A stretch of 64,000 bases of DNA from an uncultured bacterium (lineage in GTDB: Bacteria > Planctomycetota > UBA1135 > GCA-002686595). The notes below the pieces were generated by a model, which saw only the letters and a program-made list of their open reading frames with translations, was not told the origin of the DNA and did no database searches. This document shows positions 58,586 through 64,000 of this stretch, in pieces (the stretch's first letter is position 1; every line of letters starts with the position of its first letter). The stretch covers positions 1,376,001-1,440,000 of the forward strand of contig CALSNU010000001.1 in the NCBI GenBank assembly GCA_943787795.1. The letters run 5' to 3'. The position numbers and the translations under genes are program-made.

Positions 58586-61500
58586 ATGGCCATCGACTTC
58601 GAGCAGGAGTACGGCGTCAACGCCGGGTACGTTCAGGAACTCTTTGACGGCTGGCGGAGCGATCCCGCCGGCGTGGAGGAGAGCTGGCGCAAGATCTTCG
58701 AGCGCCTCTCTGCGGATGGGATCGGGGGGACTCCCGCCCCCGCCGGGAGCGGGGGGGCGTCCGCGGGCGGACCCGCCGCGGCCGGCGCCTCGTCCGCCGT
58801 GGCCGCGGCCGACGGGCCCGACCTCTCCGAGGATCCCGAGGTCGAGCTGCTGGTCGGGATCGCCGGCAAGATCGCTACCAACATGGAGGCGAGCCTCGAC
58901 CTGCCCGTGGCCACCTCGGTGCGGAACATGTCCGCCAAGGTCCTCGGGGAGAACCGCTCGATCATCAACGAGCACATGCTGGTCCGCGCGATCGGCAAGT
59001 CGTCGTACACCCACCTGTTTGCCTTCGCCCTGGCGCGCGCGCTGGGCGAGATGCCGCGGGTGCAGGCCTCCTACGTGGAGTCCGGCGGCAAGCGCTACCG
59101 CCGCGTGCCCGAGCACGTGAACCTCGGCATCGCCATCGACGTGCCGGGTCCCAAGGGCCGCATGCTCGTGGTGCCCAGCATCAAGGCCGCCGAGACCCTC
59201 GACTTCGCCGAGTTCTACGGCGCCTTCCAGGACCTCGTGGACCGCGGCCGTGAGGGCAAGCTCACCAGCGCCGACTTCGCAGGCACCACCTGCACGCTCA
59301 CCAACCCCGGGGGCTTCGGCACCGCCATGAGCGTGCCGCGCCTCATGCCCGGCCAGGGGGTCATCATCGCCACCGGCTCCATCGGCATCCCGCCGGAGCT
59401 CGCGGGCATGTCCAAGGGAGCCCTGGCGGAGAACGCCATCGGCCCGGTCATGACCATGACCAGCACCTACGACCACCGCGTGATCCAGGGGGCCGAGTCC
59501 GGGCTCCTGCTCAAGCGCGTGGACGAGCTGCTCCACGGCGCGGACGACTTCTACGACGACATCTTCATGGCGCTGCGGGTGCCCTGGCAGCCGGCGCGCT
59601 CCGGCGAGGACATGCGCCCCACCGGCGGCGCCGACCACGCCGAGATGCAGACCAAGGTCTGGACCCTGATCCAGGCCTACCGCACCCGCGGCGGCCAGCT
59701 CGCGGACCTCGACCCCCTCGGCTATCAGCCGGAGCTGCTGGAGTCCCTGGACCCCAGCTCCTACGGGCTGTCCCTGTGGGACCTCGACCGCACGTTCCTG
59801 TGCGGCGGGATGAACGGCAAGACGTCCATGACCCTGCGGGAGATCCTGCGCACCCTGCGCCGGGCCTACTGCCGTCGCTGGACGAGCGAGGTCGGCCACA
59901 TCACCGACCGCGACCGCAAGCTCTGGCTGCGCGAGCGGGTGGAGAACGACGACCACTTCGTCGAGTTCGACACCGAGGAGCGCAACCACATCCTGCGCCG
60001 CCTCAACCGCGCCGAGAACTTCGAGCGCTTCCTCGCGAACACCTACGTGGGCAACAAGCGCTTCTCCCTGGAGGGCGGCGACACCATGATCCCCGCCCTG
60101 GCGGAGGTCATCGAGCGCGCCGCGACCAAGGGCGTCGAGAAGGTCGTGATCGGTATGGCCCACCGGGGCCGGCTGAACGTCCTCGCGAACCTCATGGGCA
60201 AGTCCCACGAGCAGATCTTCCGGGAGTTCGAGGGCGGGCTTCTGCCCCTCTCCACGGAGGGCTCGGGCGACGTGAAGTACCACCTCGGTCAGGTGGGGAT
60301 CTTCCGCACCCGCGACGGCAAGGAGGTCGAGGTCTCCCTGTCCGCCAACCCCAGCCACCTCGAGGCGGTGGACCCGGTGGTGTGCGGCATGACCCGCGCC
60401 TACCAGGACGCCATGGGGGACGGGGACCGGCGCAAGGTGCTGGCGGTCCTGATCCACGGGGACGCGGCCTTCTCCGGCCAGGGCGTGGTGACCGAGACGC
60501 TCAACATGAGCGAGCTGCGGGCCTTCAGCAACGGCGGCACGGTCCACCTGATCATCAACAACCAGATCGGCTTCACCGCCGGCCCGCGGGACCTGCGCTC
60601 GACGCACTACTGCTCGGACGCGGCCAAGGCCATCGAGGCCCCGGTCATGCACGCCAACGGGGACTTCCCCGAGTCGGTGCTGCGCGCCTGCCGCCTGGCG
60701 GTGGACTACCAGCGCGAGTTCGGCGCCGACGCGGTCATCGACATGGTCTGCTACCGCCGCTGGGGGCACAACGAGGGCGACGAGCCCGCGTACACCCAGC
60801 CGGCGCTCTACAGCCGCATCGCCGAGCACCCCACCGTGTGCGCGATCTACAGCGACCTCCTCGTGCGCCGCGGCGCCCTGACCCGGGAGGAGGCGGACCT
60901 CATCAGCTCCGAGGCCGAGGACGAGCTCCGCACGGCCCTCGCCAAGCACAAGGCCAGCGCCACCGAAGAGCTGCCGTTTGAGGAGATCGTGGACGTGGAG
61001 CTCGACGACCCGCGGGACTACGTGGCGGGGCTGTCGCCCGAGACGGCCGTGCCCGAGGAGGACCTGGTCCAGTTCATCGACGACCTCAACATGATCCCCG
61101 AGGGGTTCGTGGTGCACCCCAACCTCCTGCGGCAGCTGCGCCGCCGGGAGCGCATGGTGCGCGGTGAGCTTAACGTGGACTGGGGCTGCGCCGAGGCGCT
61201 GGCCTTCGCCACCCTGCTGCGCGATGGAGTCTCCATTCGCCTGGAGGGCCAGGACTCCGGCCGTGGCACGTTCAGCCACCGCCACGCGGTCATCCGCGAC
61301 CAGTCCACCGAGGCGGAGCACGTGCCCCTCCAGGCGCTCTCCGAGGGCTCTGGCCACTTCGAGGCCTGGGACTCGCTCCTGAGCGAGGAGGCCGCCCTGG
61401 CCTTCGAGTACGGGTACGGCCTCGCGCGACCGGAGTCCCTCGTCCTGTGGGAGGCCCAGTTCGGCGACTTCGCCAACGGCGCCCAGATCCCCATCGACCA

Positions 61501-62224
61501 ATTCCTGGTCTCCGGCGAGGCCAAGTGGCGCCAGCTCTCGGGCGTGGTGATGCTGCTGCCCCACGGCTACGACGGCCAGGGACCCGAGCACTCATCGGCC
61601 CGCCTCGAGCGCTTCCTCCAGCCCTGCAGCGGCGGGAACATCTCGGTCGTGAACTGCTCCACCTCGGCGCAGATCTTCCACCTGCTGTGCCGCCACGGCA
61701 GGGCCGAGTCCAAGCGCCCGCTGATCGTCATGACGCCCAAGAGCTTCCTGCGCGACAAGCGCGCGGCGAGCCCCGATCGAGGACCTCGCCTCCGGGGGCT
61801 TCCAGGAGGTCATCGCGAGACCGCACCGCGGAGGCCGGCCAAGGTCAAGCGCCTCGTGCTCTGCTCCGGCAAGGTCGGCCACGAGCTCGCCACCGCCCGC
61901 GCCGAGGCGGAGCGCGACGACGTCGCCATCTGCCGCGTCGAGCAGCTCTACCCGTTCCCCAAGGACCAGGTCCTGGCCCAGATCGGCCGCTACCCGAACC
62001 TGGAGCACGTGGTCTGGACCCAGGAGGAGCCCCGCAACATGGGCGCCTGGTCCTTCATCCTCCAGCGCTTCCACGACCTCGGCCGCCCCGACATCAAGTA
62101 CGCGGGCCGCGCCGAGTCCGCCAGCCCGGCCACCGGCTCCTACAGCCGCCACAGCGCCGAGCAGGCCTTCCTCATCAAGATGGCCTTCGGGGACGAGCAG
62201 CCGCGCACCAGCCTCGACCGCTGA
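58586..62224 (+). CDS. kgd: Multifunctional 2-oxoglutarate dehydrogenase E2-E1 fusion (Kgd/OdhA type)
   Basis: YGVNAGYV start; E2 domain with TNPG and YDHRVIQG; E1 motifs KRFSLEG, GMAHRGRLN, HGDAAF.GQG, WEAQFGDF, GPEHSSAR. Confidence 0.93.
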   Translation: MAIDFEQEYGVNAGYVQELFDGWRSDPAGVEESWRKIFERLSADGIGGTPAPAGSGGASAGGPAAAGASSAVAAADGPDLSEDPEVELLVGIAGKIATNMEASLDLPVATSVRNMSAKVLGENRSIINEHMLVRAIGKSSYTHLFAFALARALGEMPRVQASYVESGGKRYRRVPEHVNLGIAIDVPGPKGRMLVVPSIKAAETLDFAEFYGAFQDLVDRGREGKLTSADFAGTTCTLTNPGGFGTAMSVPRLMPGQGVIIATGSIGIPPELAGMSKGALAENAIGPVMTMTSTYDHRVIQGAESGLLLKRVDELLHGADDFYDDIFMALRVPWQPARSGEDMRPTGGADHAEMQTKVWTLIQAYRTRGGQLADLDPLGYQPELLESLDPSSYGLSLWDLDRTFLCGGMNGKTSMTLREILRTLRRAYCRRWTSEVGHITDRDRKLWLRERVENDDHFVEFDTEERNHILRRLNRAENFERFLANTYVGNKRFSLEGGDTMIPALAEVIERAATKGVEKVVIGMAHRGRLNVLANLMGKSHEQIFREFEGGLLPLSTEGSGDVKYHLGQVGIFRTRDGKEVEVSLSANPSHLEAVDPVVCGMTRAYQDAMGDGDRRKVLAVLIHGDAAFSGQGVVTETLNMSELRAFSNGGTVHLIINNQIGFTAGPRDLRSTHYCSDAAKAIEAPVMHANGDFPESVLRACRLAVDYQREFGADAVIDMVCYRRWGHNEGDEPAYTQPALYSRIAEHPTVCAIYSDLLVRRGALTREEADLISSEAEDELRTALAKHKASATEELPFEEIVDVELDDPRDYVAGLSPETAVPEEDLVQFIDDLNMIPEGFVVHPNLLRQLRRRERMVRGELNVDWGCAEALAFATLLRDGVSIRLEGQDSGRGTFSHRHAVIRDQSTEAEHVPLQALSEGSGHFEAWDSLLSEEAALAFEYGYGLARPESLVLWEAQFGDFANGAQIPIDQFLVSGEAKWRQLSGVVMLLPHGYDGQGPEHSSARLERFLQPCSGGNISVVNCSTSAQIFHLLCRHGRAESKRPLIVMTPKSFLRDKRAASPDRGPRLRGLPGGHRETAPRRPAKVKRLVLCSGKVGHELATARAEAERDDVAICRVEQLYPFPKDQVLAQIGRYPNLEHVVWTQEEPRNMGAWSFILQRFHDLGRPDIKYAGRAESASPATGSYSRHSAEQAFLIKMAFGDEQPRTSLDR

Positions 62225-62409
62225 GCCGGCTCCCGGGCCCCTCCCTGCGGGCTCCGGGTTGGCTGCCTGCGGGCAAATACTCGCAGGAGATCCGGCGGCC
62301 CTTCAGCGAAGGTGAAGGGCGCCTCAGGAACCCCTCAAGGCCGAGGGGCCTGCGCTCGGTCCTCCACAAGGGGCGAGGGCGGCGGAGCCTGCTGACGTCT
62401 GCCCTGGGC

Positions 62410-62595
62410 TCAGGGCAGCAGCAGTCGGCTGTAGAAGAGCGCGATCAGGCTGAGCCCGTCGTGCAGGGTGCCGGCGCGCAGCATGGCCTCGACCTCGTCG
62501 GGGGCGAAGGTCTCCACGATCATCCGCTCGGAGGGGTCCAGCTGCTGCTCGTGGCGCAGCTCGCAGTCGGTGGCCAGGAAGGTGTGGATCCAGTG
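62410..62595 (-). pseudogene. Orphan duplicate of the last 61 codons plus stop of the Nudix gene
   Basis: Manual alignment to 63132-63317: 186 nt, 15 differences, no indels. Confidence 0.9.
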
Positions 62596-63131
62596 ATCTC
62601 TGAGGGTGCGGACCTCGAACGCTGGCAGCGGGTGAAGCCTGTCCAGCTCTGACCGTTCAGGGGATGAGGGTGTGCGCCAGCCCCTAACTCGCACTGGCGA
62701 TGGCGCCGGAAGTGCCTGGGGCAGGGCTGGAAATAATCGTAGATGACCCGTCACAAACGGAGCCGGACCTCTCTCTCTCGTGATCGCAACAGGTCCTTCA
62801 GATCTGCCCACGCGGTGCCTTCCCCAACCCAGGAGTGTCCCATGAGTAAGGTCAACAAGGTCGTGAAGTTCAATGTCTCCGGTGGCCTGATCGGCATGTT
62901 CGCCGGAGACGAGGCGTCCAAGCTCGACAAGATCCTACGCGCGGAGAATACGCTTGGCTGGCGCTATCGGTCTCACGGATCGAACACGTTCAACCTGATC
63001 AGTCTCTTGATCAATCTCCTCTTCTTGGTGATTACCTTCACCCTCTGGTCCCCAGGTTCGAGGTACCTCCTCGTACTCGATCGAATGGACTGATCCTGCC
63101 TGCGCCGACTTGCTTGGCGGCTTCCTACCAC
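62596..63131. mobile_element. Mini-islet between the two Nudix 3'-end copies (no integrase)
   Basis: Flanked by diverged direct repeats; visibly more AT-rich than its flanks; carries one gene. Confidence 0.55.
62842..63093 (+). CDS. 83-aa hypothetical membrane protein (DUF4177-like arrangement)
   Basis: AGGAG 6 nt before ATG; MSKVNKVVKFNVSGGLIG...LDKILRAENTLGW...hydrophobic hairpin...YLLVLDR. Confidence 0.7.
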   Translation: MSKVNKVVKFNVSGGLIGMFAGDEASKLDKILRAENTLGWRYRSHGSNTFNLISLLINLLFLVITFTLWSPGSRYLLVLDRMD

Positions 63132-63788
63132 TCAGGGAAGCAGCAGGCGGCTGTAGAACAGCGCGATCAGGCTGAGGCCGTCGTGGAGGGTGCCGGCGCG
63201 CAGCATGGCCTCGACCTCGTCGGGGGCGAACGTCTCGACGATCATCCGCTCGGAGGGGTCGAGCTGCTGCTCGTGGCGCAGCTCGCAGTCCAGGGCGGCG
63301 AAGGGGTGGATCCAGTGGTTGCTGATCCCGTTGCAGGTGTAGTACCCGGGCAGCGGTACGAGGCGGCCGGCCTCGTAGCCCGTCTCCTCACGCAGCTCTC
63401 TCGCCGCGCACTCGATGGGCGCCTCACCGGCGTCGATGCGCCCCGCGGGGACCTCCCAGTGGGTGTGGCCGTGGGTGTGGCGGTGCTGGCCCACCATGAC
63501 CAGGCGCCCGTCCGTGCGGAAGGGCACGATGCTCACCGCGTCGCCGACCTCGACCACGTGGTGCTCCTGCAGCTCGCCGTTGTCCAGGCGGAGCATGTCC
63601 CTGCGCAGGCCGACCCAGGGTGAGTCGTAGATCCGCTCGGTGGAGTCGAGCGGGAAGGGCTCGAAGGGGGCGGGCGGCCCGGGGACGCCGATGACGTCCC
63701 CGGCCCCTCGGCCGGCGGGGCCCGCGGAGTCCTTCGTGTCGTCGCCGCGCTCAGGGGCGCGGCCGCCCTCGGCGGAGTGCTGGCTCAA
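63132..63788 (-). CDS. Nudix hydrolase (ADP-ribose pyrophosphatase-like)
   Basis: Nudix box PAGRIDAGEAPIECAARELREETG. Confidence 0.92.
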   Translation of the reverse strand: MSQHSAEGGRAPERGDDTKDSAGPAGRGAGDVIGVPGPPAPFEPFPLDSTERIYDSPWVGLRRDMLRLDNGELQEHHVVEVGDAVSIVPFRTDGRLVMVGQHRHTHGHTHWEVPAGRIDAGEAPIECAARELREETGYEAGRLVPLPGYYTCNGISNHWIHPFAALDCELRHEQQLDPSERMIVETFAPDEVEAMLRAGTLHDGLSLIALFYSRLLLP

Positions 63789-63807
63789 GGTCTGGACCTG
63801 GTCGGGC

Positions 63808-64000
63808 TCAGTCCTTCACGGGCGTCGGCCACAGCTCACGCCAGTCGCCGATGCCCGCCTGGCGCGGGGCGCCGGCGACCCGGTCGAGGGTGGCGGAGGA
63901 GACCCGGACGTCCTCGAGGGCCGTCTCGGAGAGCACCTTGCCGCAGGCCTCGGCGATGGAGTCCGCGTCCAGGTGCTGGTACTTGAAGACCTCGGAGGGC
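63808..64000 (-). CDS. C-terminus of a CDS, possibly transketolase / pyruvate dehydrogenase E1-like (partial)
   Basis: Manual translation PSEVFKYQHLDADSIAEACGKVLSETALEDV...WRELWPTPVKD*; resembles the ThDP-enzyme terminal LD..SI motif. Confidence 0.5.
   Translation of the reverse strand, partial: PSEVFKYQHLDADSIAEACGKVLSETALEDVRVSSATLDRVAGAPRQAGIGDWRELWPTPVKD

Noticed and set aside
57779..61591. Very long antisense ORFs (also 33553-37206, 26592-29345, 18258-20702, 51461-53893)
   Set aside because: Shadow frames of well-supported genes in high-GC DNA, with no recognisable protein motifs.
62410..63317. Diversity-generating retroelement template/variable repeat pair
   Set aside because: Differences are mostly synonymous G/C swaps, not adenine-specific, and there is no reverse transcriptase.

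Overview
GC-rich bacterial chromosome segment, most consistent with Planctomycetota (Minf_1886-type PVC gene, secreted HEAT-vWA and TPR-peptidase proteins; this is an inference). Bases 1-16 kb are a cell-envelope glycan modification locus: GT4s, a B12 radical SAM enzyme, a GNAT/polysaccharide deacetylase pair, two SGNH proteins, two GT-C glycosyltransferases, and a NodU/CmcH carbamoyltransferase with SxtJ-like and SxtK/DUF5989-like partners. The best candidate for an undescribed system is there. An SxtK-like tail ending FIYTLF, which matches the DltX acyl-shuttle tyrosine motif, is fused to an SGNH protein. A 42-aa paralog missed by the ORF track lies head-to-head with the second SGNH gene. 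Together they suggest a possible MBOAT-independent carbamoyl relay. The rest is mostly housekeeping: tRNA-Val, ald, uppP, tmk-holB, rsmA-dnaG-rpoD, selB, tRNA-Pro, rho with a long disordered N-terminus, a Gld-like ABC operon and a fused E2-E1 2-oxoglutarate dehydrogenase. It ends with a small islet bounded by a diverged duplicate of a Nudix gene 3' end. Several frameshifts at short homopolymers look like assembly errors. No CRISPR array, integrase or transposase was seen.
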